Shown: one piece after another, positions 29,831-39,916 of the stretch
Layout: each line of letters starts with the position of its first letter
How positions within the stretch are numbered: position 1 is the stretch's first letter
DNA from: Aulosira sp. ZfuVER01
Lineage (GTDB): Bacteria > Cyanobacteriota > Cyanobacteriia > Cyanobacteriales > Nostocaceae
DNA length: 64,000 bases
Assembly (NCBI GenBank): GCA_034530615.2
Contig: JAVRCV020000041.1
Span: forward strand, 32,001-96,000
Direction of reading: 5' to 3'
Notes under the pieces: generated by a model
What the model saw: the letters and a program-made list of their open reading frames with translations, nothing else
Told to the model about the DNA's origin: nothing
Databases searched by the model: none
Position numbers and translations under genes: made by a program

Positions 29831-31198
29831 ATGACAGGCAAAAACGCAAGACATAATGCATTTCTGCGGCTAGTGTCTGGTAATGGAGCACCTTATAGGT
29901 CAGAATTCCGCTACTCGCTGCTCCCCAGTAAAGAGATGATCGTTGGACGCGACCCCAGCTGCCAAATTGTCTTGGATGCCATGTTGTACAGGATGGTATC
30001 TCGTCGTCATGCTGTGGTTCGCCCCCTCTCTTCGTCTCCAGATAACAAATTCAGCTGGCTCATTTGTGATTTGAACAGTGCTAACGGCACTTATTTAAAT
30101 GGACAGCGTTTGCAAGGTTGTCAGGAATTACACCCAGGCGATCGCATTTCTTTGGGTGCTGATGGACCGCAATTTGTATTCGAGCATGAATATTTCTCCC
30201 AAGCCACCATCATGACCAGGCCAGCGACACCGCTGCCATCTGCTGGGAGTTTTCAAGGGCAATCAAAAGCTGATTCGGTGAGCTTTACCCAACTGTTCCC
30301 GATTATTTCTACTGGTAAAGATTTAACTCGTAAAGCTTACCTCGTACCAGGAATCCTCACAGTAGTTTTTGTAGTATTGATGTTTGCTACGGTAGGTAAA
30401 CCGCAAGCCAATCAAGTTATTGTAGCGAGTTATATAGCTTTTGCTGCCTATTATTTTGTTTACCAGCTTTGTGGCAAACAGAAGCCTTGGTGGGTGCTTG
30501 TATCTGTAGCCTTAGGTACAGCAGTGATTCTGAAAAGTCCGCTGTTAGATTTCTTTATTTTCGTGTTTCGCGGTATTTTGCCTGGTAGCTTGCCTTCATC
30601 TCAGGATTCGCTTACCTTCACCGAACTGCTGATCCGGATGTTTTTTGGTGCTGGGTTAATGGAGGAATTACTGAAGGCATTACCTGTATTAGCAGCGCTG
30701 ATATTCGGTCTGACCTTACCTTCACCTTGGCGAGAACGTATAGGTATTTGGGAACCTTTAGATGGGATTCTATTGGGAACTGCTTCTGCTGTAGGTTTCA
30801 CTCTGCTAGAAACTCTTGGGCAGTATGTGCCAGTTATTACTCAAAATGTTGCTCAACAGGCAGGAGTAGGAACTGGCCAACTGGTGGGATTGCAATTACT
30901 AATTCCGCGCATTTTAGGCTCTGTAGCAGGACACATGGCTTACAGTGGCTATCTGGGGTATTTTATCGGCTTGGCTGTTCTTAAACCGCGTCTAATTTGG
31001 CAAATTCTCCCGATTGGTTATGTTAGCGCTGCTGCACTCCATGCCTTGTGGAATGCCACTGGTTCGATCAATGCCTTATTGTTGGTGGTTGTTGGGGTGT
31101 TATCTTATGCCTTTTTGATGGCGGCAATTCTCAAGGCACGCGCTTTGTCACCAACGCGATCGCAGAATTTTGCTACCCGCTTTCTTGGCCCTAAGTAA
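29831..31198 (+). CDS. FHA domain fused to PrsW-family intramembrane protease
   Basis: FHA GR...VSRRHA...DLNSANGTYLNG. PrsW motifs EELLK, FTLLE, GH and HALWN are intact. Confidence 0.9.
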   Translation: MTGKNARHNAFLRLVSGNGAPYRSEFRYSLLPSKEMIVGRDPSCQIVLDAMLYRMVSRRHAVVRPLSSSPDNKFSWLICDLNSANGTYLNGQRLQGCQELHPGDRISLGADGPQFVFEHEYFSQATIMTRPATPLPSAGSFQGQSKADSVSFTQLFPIISTGKDLTRKAYLVPGILTVVFVVLMFATVGKPQANQVIVASYIAFAAYYFVYQLCGKQKPWWVLVSVALGTAVILKSPLLDFFIFVFRGILPGSLPSSQDSLTFTELLIRMFFGAGLMEELLKALPVLAALIFGLTLPSPWRERIGIWEPLDGILLGTASAVGFTLLETLGQYVPVITQNVAQQAGVGTGQLVGLQLLIPRILGSVAGHMAYSGYLGYFIGLAVLKPRLIWQILPIGYVSAAALHALWNATGSINALLLVVVGVLSYAFLMAAILKARALSPTRSQNFATRFLGPK

Positions 31199-31463
31199 CA
31201 GATGGAAAGCAGAGGGGACAAGGAGGAGGAGGGAGAATAACTAATGACTCTTGCCTTTTGGCAAATGACATTAACTATTTTATGCCTTGGGACAGATGGC
31301 GCTAATGTGTAAATCAGCCTATAGTCTGAATTATGCTGGTTTAACCATGCTTAACAAAAATCAGCAATAAATTATAAGACCCGCAATACAAGTGTCGAGT
31401 GCGGGCAAAGCTAATATTAGCCGAAAGTAAATCCCGATTGAGGGATATTTCAGACAACTGAAT

Positions 31464-32114
31464 TTAGGATTCTGACTGAAAGCTATTGAGTTGGATGAGA
31501 GCGTAGTAAGAAATCGCTAAACTAATCTTTGCTTGCTCGACTTCTGATAAATCTGTCCATTCCCGATCGCCAAACTTAGTCGTGATAGCGTTGGGGTTTT
31601 GTGGTTCGCCGCTGCGCATAGCGTAGGCATAAGGACGGGCTAAAACTAAGAGGTCTTCTGCTCCCCAAGTAGGTAATACATCTTGAACGCACTGAACTAA
31701 TTGCTCACCAATTGACTGTTGGGAAATAAAAATCTCAGTAGCGTTCTGGGCAATTTTATTTAGCCAGCCTTGGGGTACTAGTGAAGCAAAAGCTGCTTGT
31801 AAAGCTTGTTGAAGATTGGCCATCATCATCTGGCTGATATGGCTTTTAGAATCTGAAGCAATGGCAGTTTCAGACCACAATGCATCGATTTGGCTATAAA
31901 AATCTTGCGATCGCCTGGTAAGTTCTTCTTCTGACCACAAATCATCACTAATGAACTGCTGTTCTAATTCGGCAAAATAAGCTTCTGATTCTTCATCAGC
32001 AGGGTTCCAAGGATAACTAGCATCTTCAGGTTCTAGTAAAGCTGCGAGAAAATCTAATTCCACTTGAGATGGTAAAGAAGTGAAAATATCTGAATTGTTG
32101 ATTTTGTTAATCAT
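31464..32114 (-). CDS. Conserved hypothetical acidic protein, possibly PatU3-like
   Basis: 216-aa ORF co-oriented downstream of CHAT-FHA; YPWNP, GEQLVQCV, AYAMRS, LSEVEQAKISLA. The PatU3 resemblance is from recall only. Confidence 0.7.
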   Translation of the reverse strand: MINKINNSDIFTSLPSQVELDFLAALLEPEDASYPWNPADEESEAYFAELEQQFISDDLWSEEELTRRSQDFYSQIDALWSETAIASDSKSHISQMMMANLQQALQAAFASLVPQGWLNKIAQNATEIFISQQSIGEQLVQCVQDVLPTWGAEDLLVLARPYAYAMRSGEPQNPNAITTKFGDREWTDLSEVEQAKISLAISYYALIQLNSFQSES

Positions 32115-32262
32115 TTGTCGCCTCCCGAGTGTTTATTTAGCGGTATTGACAGCTACAGCGCTGATAATCCCATTTCCGCAAAAAGAACTGAATTTTGTTT
32201 AGACTGAGAATAGTTTTGTGAGACTGTTGCTATTAATGGAAACTTTATAAATGCAATAGCTT

Positions 32263-32394
32263 ATATAGAAATCTGAATTTGATTCATGAACTTACTTATA
32301 AACACAGGGAACAGGTAAGAAGGAATAGGGAAGAAGGAAACAAGGAAGGTAGAGGAGTAGGTATTTTTTCCAAAAATCAAGCAATAGTCATATA
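32263..32394. mobile_element. Degenerate MITE-like element with purine-rich core
   Basis: TATAGAAATCtgaaTTTGATT ... AAAAATCAAgcaatAGTCATATA imperfect inverted ends. A related end AAAAATCAAACTGGATTCCTAT lies near 37000-37019. Confidence 0.4.
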
Positions 32395-32460
32395 CTATGG
32401 TGCTGTTTGACAGCTACCAATTATTCTTACCTGCTTACTTTGAAAGTGAAATGCTAGAAG

Positions 32461-34056
32461 TTAGGAGTCTTCAATCATAAACTCCCATGTGTCACTTCTA
32501 GAACTACCAAACTTTAACTGCATTCCCGATGTTAAAGGGACTTCCTCACGGAGGATTTGTTGCCATCCATTAGAACCAAAAACCCATGTTGTACCGTAGG
32601 TAGATAAATCTTGTAAGTAATAAGTTCTTACCGGAGTTGTACCGCTGAAAGTATTCCGGCATAAGATTTCGGCATGGCGTTTGGAAACGGAAGGTTCTGG
32701 GATGACAATATCATTGTCTTTTGTCCGACCAATGCGAGTGACTCCAGAACGCAACAAACAGGTTTTGCCTCCTGGTGCAAGCGATCGCAATGAGGCTGTA
32801 GACACCGAGGAAATTATACTCGGAATAGTTGTATCTGGTAGTTCTGTAATACCTTCCTCAAAACTTTTAATCAGTTCGCCATTAAAATCTGGATGCAGGT
32901 AGAGAACAGGTAAAGTCCATGCAGGTTGATTGAACTTATATAGTGTTAATAGTTCTTGCCGAGCCTCGGCTACAGCTTCATCAATTGGTTTGCGCGATCG
33001 CAAAGCTTCCGTAAAAGCTTGGATAAAACTGTGACTTTCGGAATCAGCAATCTCATCACGCATTCCTAAAACCGCAGGTACGCCATGACGGATTAACACT
33101 TCTGCCAAACTGCTAGAAGGTATTGCTTGGTGATTGACCGCCGCAGGTTGTGCGCCCCAACAAGCATTGAAAACAGCCAACTTCACACCAGTACGGGTCA
33201 ATACTTGAGCTAATTCTATGCCATTAAGTGCCATCCCCGGTCGTAAAAATAATAAACCTCCATCTGGGTCTGGCAAACCGTGACCAGCGTAGAAAAAGAC
33301 ATTGTAGGCTTTAGTTTCTAATTCTTCAATCAACTCCTGTGGTTTTGGTTGCAGGAGCGTATGTACCATACATGGTGCATATCCCTGAGAATTGCTACCT
33401 AAAGGCCCAGCTTTAGTCAGAGTTTGTGTTAAGATTTCTGCTTCTTTTTCTAATTGCAGATTTTTATTTTCATCTACCCCTAAAACCAAGAGAATGTTGA
33501 GAGCCTGATCTGTTCGTAAAGACGGCAATGATTCAACTTCACTGGTTGTACGGCTAAATAGTAAATCTTGAGACAGCGACATTGCCGATTGACCCGGTTC
33601 ACGCTGCATAATTTCCCAAGGTAGGGCAATCAAATCTGGGTCACGAATTTCTAAGCGAAAGCGCAAACGTGTATGCTGACCCATAGCCATGCCACGACTG
33701 CGTTCTAAACTGCCGAGAATTTGTCCGTCAAATAACCAGCGCCACAGATTAATCCCCAAATATTGCATCAGGCGACTAGTGTAACCTGCCGTCTGACCTG
33801 AGGGGGATGAACCCAAGTTGATCGGTTGCGGAGGTAGCTGTGGTGGGGTTGAGCGAGAGGAAATATCTAAGCGACTGTGACCGGCGAACATTTCCTGCCA
33901 TTCTTGCCAAACTTGAGAGAGTTCAATCGGCCATATACAGTCATGCAAAACATAGCCACTGGGATAAGGAGCCTTAACCACCCAAATGGCAAAGTTATCA
34001 GTGCCAGTGTTGGTCAAACGAGCGATCGCCAGGTTCAGGCATGGCAATGGAGTCAT
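32461..34056 (-). CDS. CHAT (caspase/HetF-like) protease with C-terminal FHA domain
   Basis: LPWE, catalytic YAGHG and FNACWG, VLGMRDEI.D, W.LPVLY; FHA IGR...VSKRHA...DLSTYGT. Start set at ATG 34056. Confidence 0.88.
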   Translation of the reverse strand: MTPLPCLNLAIARLTNTGTDNFAIWVVKAPYPSGYVLHDCIWPIELSQVWQEWQEMFAGHSRLDISSRSTPPQLPPQPINLGSSPSGQTAGYTSRLMQYLGINLWRWLFDGQILGSLERSRGMAMGQHTRLRFRLEIRDPDLIALPWEIMQREPGQSAMSLSQDLLFSRTTSEVESLPSLRTDQALNILLVLGVDENKNLQLEKEAEILTQTLTKAGPLGSNSQGYAPCMVHTLLQPKPQELIEELETKAYNVFFYAGHGLPDPDGGLLFLRPGMALNGIELAQVLTRTGVKLAVFNACWGAQPAAVNHQAIPSSSLAEVLIRHGVPAVLGMRDEIADSESHSFIQAFTEALRSRKPIDEAVAEARQELLTLYKFNQPAWTLPVLYLHPDFNGELIKSFEEGITELPDTTIPSIISSVSTASLRSLAPGGKTCLLRSGVTRIGRTKDNDIVIPEPSVSKRHAEILCRNTFSGTTPVRTYYLQDLSTYGTTWVFGSNGWQQILREEVPLTSGMQLKFGSSRSDTWEFMIEDS

Positions 34057-34184
34057 TAAACTAAAGGGTGAAAACAAATTATTTCAAATAACAATTTTTC
34101 AAGGTAAAAGTACTACCTTGCCAGTTTTTTATTTTTGTTCCTACCTGTATTATTTCAGGTTTTTTCAGTTTATGGTGACGTGTA

Positions 34185-36449
34185 CTAAGTTGGATTCCCT
34201 TCAGTTGTTGAAGTTGGTAGAGGTGGTTGATTAACTGGCTCGGATGGAGTATCAACACATGGATTTGCTTGGTCTGGTTGTAAAACAGTGACACCAGAGC
34301 GTTTGAGTTGGGAGAATTCAATGAGTACTGTTTTCTTTTGTGCCTGTAAAGGTGGAGAAGCTTGCTTTTCTGGTGTAGATGTGTCTTGATTAGGGCAGAC
34401 TTGTAGATTCACCAACGAGTCTTTATTAGCAGCTTGAGGATTGGGTTTTTTCTCAATCACTTGAAAAAAAGTACCGCTAGGGAACTTTCCCTTACTATTA
34501 ACTATTTCCCGGTCAGTTTGAATCACCCAACCCGTAGCTAGGTTGTCGAGAGTTCTTTTTGCTGGTAGTTGTTCTGGCGTTGGTTGTAAAGTTGTCGTTG
34601 GACTAGCAGTAATGGGAACTGTATCTATTGGCGATCGCAGTCGCATTACCAAGTATCCAATACCACCAGCTGCGGCTACTATGATTAACGGCACGAGAAA
34701 CTGTAGTGGTAATGGAGTAACTCTGCTAGGCGGCTTATTTTCTGGAATTACTTGCGTTTTCGTATTTGAGTTACTTAAAAGAGTCTGTTGTGTAGTTCTG
34801 TCAGATGTATCAACAGCTTGTGTGGGATAAGTTTCGGGAATGACTGCTGTGAGGCTAGACTCTGGTTCAGTGTATTTGACCTGACAGTGTACTAAGGCGA
34901 TGGTGACATTATCATGGCCATTTTTGGTATTAGCGATTTCTACTAATTTTTCTGCAACACTGGCCACATCTGTTTCTGCTTTGAGAATTGGCAATATTTC
35001 TGTTTCCCAATAATCCTCTACACGGTCAAAATCGCTCAAGCCATCCGATGTCAGTAAGAAAACTGCATCTTCATCAACAATAAATCGCTGGGAGGTGGGA
35101 TGTAGTGAAGTACTAGGACTCATCCCTAAAGCTTGTACCAGAGAACCAGAACCACTCTGTTGTACTGCCTCGCGATAGACAGCATAGCCTAACCTGACTT
35201 CGCGGGAGGCTACATCATCATCAAGGGTAACTTGATAACACCCGTGGCGCGAAATCCAATAGGCACGACTATCACCAACATGGGTAATGTACATTTCATG
35301 GGCAATGGGCAACGCCATCACCAAAGTTGTGCCCATGCGTTGACGCCCTTGGCGATTTTCGCTGTCGTTGCGCTGGCTGATTTTATCATTCACAACTGCT
35401 ACAGCCGATTCTAAGTCAGTCAGTAGCAGTGAAGGGTCTATATGATCGGCGGGAACTTTTGTAAGTTGCTGTACCTGCTGTTGAATTGTTTCAATTGCTA
35501 AATTTGATGCCACATTGCCGCCCTCGTGTCCACCAATGCCATCGCAGACAATAGCTAAGGCTGAAGGTTGCGGCGGTTTACTCACTAAAGTATCACTGGG
35601 AGGATAACAGGCATCTTCATTCCGTTGACGGCTGGGGCCGGTATCAGTTTTAGTAAAAATTTTGATGGTGGACGTTTGCGATCGCCCTAATTGCGCTAGT
35701 CCTTGATCTAAGACTGCTATTAATTGTTCGGCTGAATTAATTTCTGCCTGAATTAAAGAACTGCTGATTTTGTCAATAAATTCTGCTATGGCTGGTTTCG
35801 CGCTTTTAGACAACTGCGCCCAAAATTCACCTAATTGGGGTAAGTTAGGTGCTGTTGCAAAATCAGAACGCAATTCTAACAAGCGTACTAATGGCCCTTC
35901 TACTCTGATTAAATTTGGTTCCAGTAAGCTAACCGCTACACCTTCACTCAACAGTGGTTGCCAGAGATTTGCTAACTGCCATAACCAGTGGATTTGGCGG
36001 AGCGAGCTGGCATGACCCCAAGCTGTAATTAAATCTGGGCAAAGTTGCACTTGTTGGGTTGTACAATCTGTAAGTAGTGGCAGTTTTTCTAAGAGTAAGA
36101 TTTCTTGCTGGAAGCGCTCGTCTATGGGCGGTATGGCTCCATATACCTGCGGTATGTGTAATCGATAAGGTATGAGTCGCAAATAAGGTCTAATTGCTGA
36201 TAAATGATCTAATTCTGGGGATTGGGGTACTAAACCCGGTCTGATATCTAAAACAATAGATTTATCGATTACCAAATAGCGATCGGCTAATATTTCTCCA
36301 GGGGCGGCAACACTTAAGCCTTCTGCTTCAGCCCAAAGATAGCGTTTGGGTAGGGGTGTAGAACACCGCAAGCAAAATTTATGGCTTAGGGGATTGGGAG
36401 ATTGACAAAATTCATTTGGGCAGTAGAGCGTTGCCGCATCATTTTCCAT
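34185..36449 (-). CDS. prpJ: Membrane-anchored PP2C Ser/Thr phosphatase with N-terminal Zn-ribbon and degenerate kinase-like region (PrpJ-like)
   Basis: CPNEFC...CLRC; RQRNEDA, VCDGIGGH, MGTT, HVGDSRAY, SDGLSD, GHDNVT; TM LIIVAAAGGIGYLVM. Symbol from architecture and ndhM adjacency (recall). Confidence 0.75.
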   Translation of the reverse strand: MENDAATLYCPNEFCQSPNPLSHKFCLRCSTPLPKRYLWAEAEGLSVAAPGEILADRYLVIDKSIVLDIRPGLVPQSPELDHLSAIRPYLRLIPYRLHIPQVYGAIPPIDERFQQEILLLEKLPLLTDCTTQQVQLCPDLITAWGHASSLRQIHWLWQLANLWQPLLSEGVAVSLLEPNLIRVEGPLVRLLELRSDFATAPNLPQLGEFWAQLSKSAKPAIAEFIDKISSSLIQAEINSAEQLIAVLDQGLAQLGRSQTSTIKIFTKTDTGPSRQRNEDACYPPSDTLVSKPPQPSALAIVCDGIGGHEGGNVASNLAIETIQQQVQQLTKVPADHIDPSLLLTDLESAVAVVNDKISQRNDSENRQGRQRMGTTLVMALPIAHEMYITHVGDSRAYWISRHGCYQVTLDDDVASREVRLGYAVYREAVQQSGSGSLVQALGMSPSTSLHPTSQRFIVDEDAVFLLTSDGLSDFDRVEDYWETEILPILKAETDVASVAEKLVEIANTKNGHDNVTIALVHCQVKYTEPESSLTAVIPETYPTQAVDTSDRTTQQTLLSNSNTKTQVIPENKPPSRVTPLPLQFLVPLIIVAAAGGIGYLVMRLRSPIDTVPITASPTTTLQPTPEQLPAKRTLDNLATGWVIQTDREIVNSKGKFPSGTFFQVIEKKPNPQAANKDSLVNLQVCPNQDTSTPEKQASPPLQAQKKTVLIEFSQLKRSGVTVLQPDQANPCVDTPSEPVNQPPLPTSTTEGNPT

Positions 36450-37219
36450 AGTTTTCTCACCGATCAGCAATTGGCAATTTCTTCAACAGCATTGGCAGCG
36501 GCAATCTAGACCGCTCATCTTTTTGAACCTGAACATATCCAACTTTGGATCAATGATTTTAGCTGGTGGATAGCAGCAGGTGCTAATACTTATTGAATCT
36601 ACGATCTACTTATCCAAATAATTTACTCCTCAGTCAACCCTACAGCCTCATCATAGCCTCTATTGCTCTCTGACTCTCCATCATCGACACAGCTAACTTT
36701 CACCCTGTCACCAAAGCCTAACCCCAGCATAACTGTACTGTTTGTTTACTTTTGTGGAATTACTCCATCCAAAATAGGCAAGTAATGCTGGTATTCCTAT
36801 AGTTTATAAGTTACTAGCTAGTGATTAACTTTAATTAAGAATTAAGATAACTAAATACATCAACTAATCACTGCTTCAAGTTTGCCCAATATGTAAGCTA
36901 CTTTGATGTGATTTGCGATCTTAGTCCTAGAGTTGGGCAATAGGCAATAGGAAAACTGCTTGGTGGCAATTAAGGTTAAAGCGTATGGATGTTTTGCAAA
37001 AATCAAACTGGATTCCTATTTGTCATGAATCTTTGATTTATTGGATTTAAAGCTCGCAAACCTTCCATTTAGAGGATTTTTTGCCAAATGCACACACTGT
37101 AAGGGACTTGCAAATCAAAAATATCCCATCGCGTTGAGGGCAGAGGGGGAAAAATTCCAGAAATTTGGATAAGTGTGCCTAGCTATACCAAACATATATA
37201 TAGTGGTGTTTCTGAAAAT

Positions 37220-37253
37220 TTCCTAGGGGTAGTTTAGACAATTCCCCTAGGAA
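37220..37253 (-). terminator. Hairpin downstream of ndhM
   Basis: TTCCTAGGGG...CCCCTAGGAA perfect 10-bp stem. Confidence 0.6.
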
Positions 37254-37290
37254 GCTCAGAGATACCAAAATTTACAGGTAGCTCTTAACT

Positions 37291-37650
37291 TTACTGTTGA
37301 GCATCAACTGCTACTTGTGGGACTCCCATACTGTAGTTAGTGACGCGGCTTTGGAGATTGTAGCTAATTTCGCCTTTTTGCAAGAGCGATCGCAAATAAT
37401 GCTCCAAGTCTGAACCAACACGACGTAAGTTGTAGTCTGTTAAATCCGCACCACTAGAAGCTTCTACCAGTTCATCAAACTTGCGATAGATCTTTTGTAG
37501 AGCATCTTCATTCCAGTTGAATTCATTGTCTGGGTCAACATCTAAGGTTAAGACTTGATTACTGGGAACCAGTTCACCATCCCGGTCAAGTTCTGCCGCA
37601 AAAATGCGAATATGCCGGGTTGTAGACTTGAGCAGCATCGGGTTGTCCAT
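37291..37650 (-). CDS. ndhM: NDH-1 subunit M
   Basis: MLLKSTTRHIRIF...LTLDVDPDNEF.W...LTDYNLRRVGSDLE. Confidence 0.93.
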   Translation of the reverse strand: MDNPMLLKSTTRHIRIFAAELDRDGELVPSNQVLTLDVDPDNEFNWNEDALQKIYRKFDELVEASSGADLTDYNLRRVGSDLEHYLRSLLQKGEISYNLQSRVTNYSMGVPQVAVDAQQ

Positions 37651-38879
37651 AAAAGGGTGTAAGATTTGGGTTGACTACACTGAAATCATTGTAAACGCTA
37701 TGCCCGAGCTTAAATATGCCTGCATTGAAAAGGCATCTCACATATCAAGCAGATATCAGCAAAAAGCTTGTGCGTCAACTAGTAGCTACTCATAACTAAA
37801 GCAAGGGAGGTTTGTTCAACTAAGAACGGCAGATGGAATTTTCTGCGATCGTGGTAAGGTTAGGTTGTTTTCATGCCTGGAGAGACTACAACTTTGCTGT
37901 AGCGGTAAGTTAACCATATCCAAACAATACTGTCAAGCTGTTTGCACTTGTGAGATAGATCGAGCATCAGGGTGGAATATTTTAGTGCAAGCAGACAAAA
38001 GGGATATTGCTAATTTAATCAGTCTCCTGCCACGGTGGTTGATAGCAGCTACTACAACGGGCAAGCAGCGCGGTTGAGTTCATTACTGGAAAGAAAATTG
38101 CTTGGCGCGTGTTCCAAGACGCTACTTTCTGTCCCCAGACTTGTACTCTAAAGGAAAACTCGCAGGGTAGGTTTTCTCAACCCAGGTGACTGGCTGGCAT
38201 TTGCCTAACGTTTGAAGCAGTACGATTGACTCTAAAGATTTTTAGGGAACTACTGCGGCGGCTTTACCGACTTGATTGTGGATAAGGTTCACTACCGCCG
38301 ACTTTGACTTCTTCAATTCCGTCACTTTGTCATGGCTGTAATTAGGGTGTGTCAGTGCCCATAATCCCGATCCAGAACAAAAATAAACCTTTAATGACTT
38401 TGCTGCTTAACGTCTCCTAAATTTTAGGATGAAAAAAATGTACATCTAGTAGATTTACGTAGTTATGCTACAACTACCTTGGGCTTTCATCAAAAAGAGA
38501 AAAATTAGTGATATTGCTTACGTAAAAACACTAAATTTTCAGTAAAATCCCAAACTGTTGTTGACGTTAAGATAAAGTTGATGTAAAAACCTTTAAAAAG
38601 CTCGAACAACTTCTTACAGAAACTTTATTGTATAGAATCTTAAAAACTGAATAATAGTTATGGCTTAACTGCACTACCTCTAGCGCAGGGACATTACAGC
38701 CTACGCAGTGTAAAGTATGAATTGAAAAAACCACAGGAGCGTGAAATGGAATACAAATGTGATGGATAAAGAATAATTCTTAATTCAAACACTTTGGATT
38801 CAAAAAAAAATATAAAGAATTTTGCTGGAGATTTAACCCCTAAACTTCATGACCACCAAGTAAAGGAATCCTCAAATCT

Positions 38880-39161
38880 ATGAACTCCAAAGCCTTACCA
38901 CGCCAAATAAATAATATTGAAGTAGGTGTTTATGAGTGCGAAATACATCTCAAATTCCGCTTAATTGAGGAAAAGAGTCTATTGGGCGATCGCGAGCAAC
39001 TATTGCAGGTGTTATTAGATGCTTTAACCGAAGGGTCTGATGACTTTTTAGAAACGTTGCAAGCATCAGTCAAAGCTCAGGAAATTTCTGAGTTTAAAGC
39101 TTCTCCGCAAATGCGACGCCAGTTAATGCGCTTACGTAACTTTGCTGACAATAGTCAATAA
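38880..39161 (+). CDS. Asr1734/Npun_R1517-family heterocyst differentiation regulator
   Basis: 93 aa, VGVYECEIHLKFRLIEEK...ASPQMRRQLMRLRN; recalled family and position beside ndhM. Confidence 0.75.
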   Translation: MNSKALPRQINNIEVGVYECEIHLKFRLIEEKSLLGDREQLLQVLLDALTEGSDDFLETLQASVKAQEISEFKASPQMRRQLMRLRNFADNSQ

Positions 39162-39758
39162 TTATCTGTATTAATTAAGTAGTGACAAGTTGTGAATTGA
39201 GCATAAAATGGTAAATTTGCTATCAGTAGTTTGTCATTTGCTCTTATATTTATTGAGTTGGCTTGTGTAATCTAAAACAAAGGCTTGGAGCCGATTCTCC
39301 TCTCCAAAAAGCCTAAGAAAGCTTTACAGTAGCCCTCACCCTTTCACTACAGAAATACTTGGGTGCCTACTAATGCAGTTATGTCTTCTTCATCAGGGCG
39401 GTTACAGTTTTTCAAAAATTAGATTTTTGGAGAATAGCTTTATCAGGGTGTTACTTCAAGTTGGCGAAGTGCTTGTGAGCGATTGTTTGTTTTATATACT
39501 CTAAACATTTTCAAAATTGCTGAATTTTTAGCTCCTGTCTTGAGCGATCGCAGTTATAAAATGTAGTATTTTGCGAGCTTGAAGTTACATTCCGCCCTTA
39601 AAACTGCCATACATATAGGATAGTTTTGACAAAATCATCAGTTTAAATTCATTTTGCTAAGAGAAGTTATTGGTCAAGGGTCAAGGGTCAAGAGGCAATA
39701 AGCAAGAATCATTAATGATTTCCTCCCCTCACTCCTCTACTCCTGTGCTTCCTTGTCT

Positions 39759-39850
39759 ACGCCACTTGCTACAACGCCCTTAATCCGACGGACAGTTTGC
39801 TCAAGTCGGGAAACCCGCCCATGCAACTGTCCTCCGCAACGCAGTGGCTC
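39759..39850. mobile_element. Nested small dispersed repeat (element within element)
   Basis: Outer GCCACTtGC...GCAGTGGC. Inner GGACAGTTtGC...GGGAAACCC...GCAACTGTCC at 39788-39833. Sits in a CCTTGTC repeat tract. Confidence 0.75.
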
Positions 39851-39916
39851 CTCCTTGTCCCCCTACTCTCTTGCCCCTGTTTCATCTATCCTTGTATACG
39901 CATCATTTCATGGCGG

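Noticed and set aside
37865..38077. 70-aa ORF with TTG start
   Set aside because: No RBS, no recognisable domain; region treated as non-coding.
38583..38643. GTA-N8-TAA near-matches upstream of the asr1734-family gene
   Set aside because: Imperfect NtcA consensus in AT-rich DNA; not distinguishable from chance by eye.
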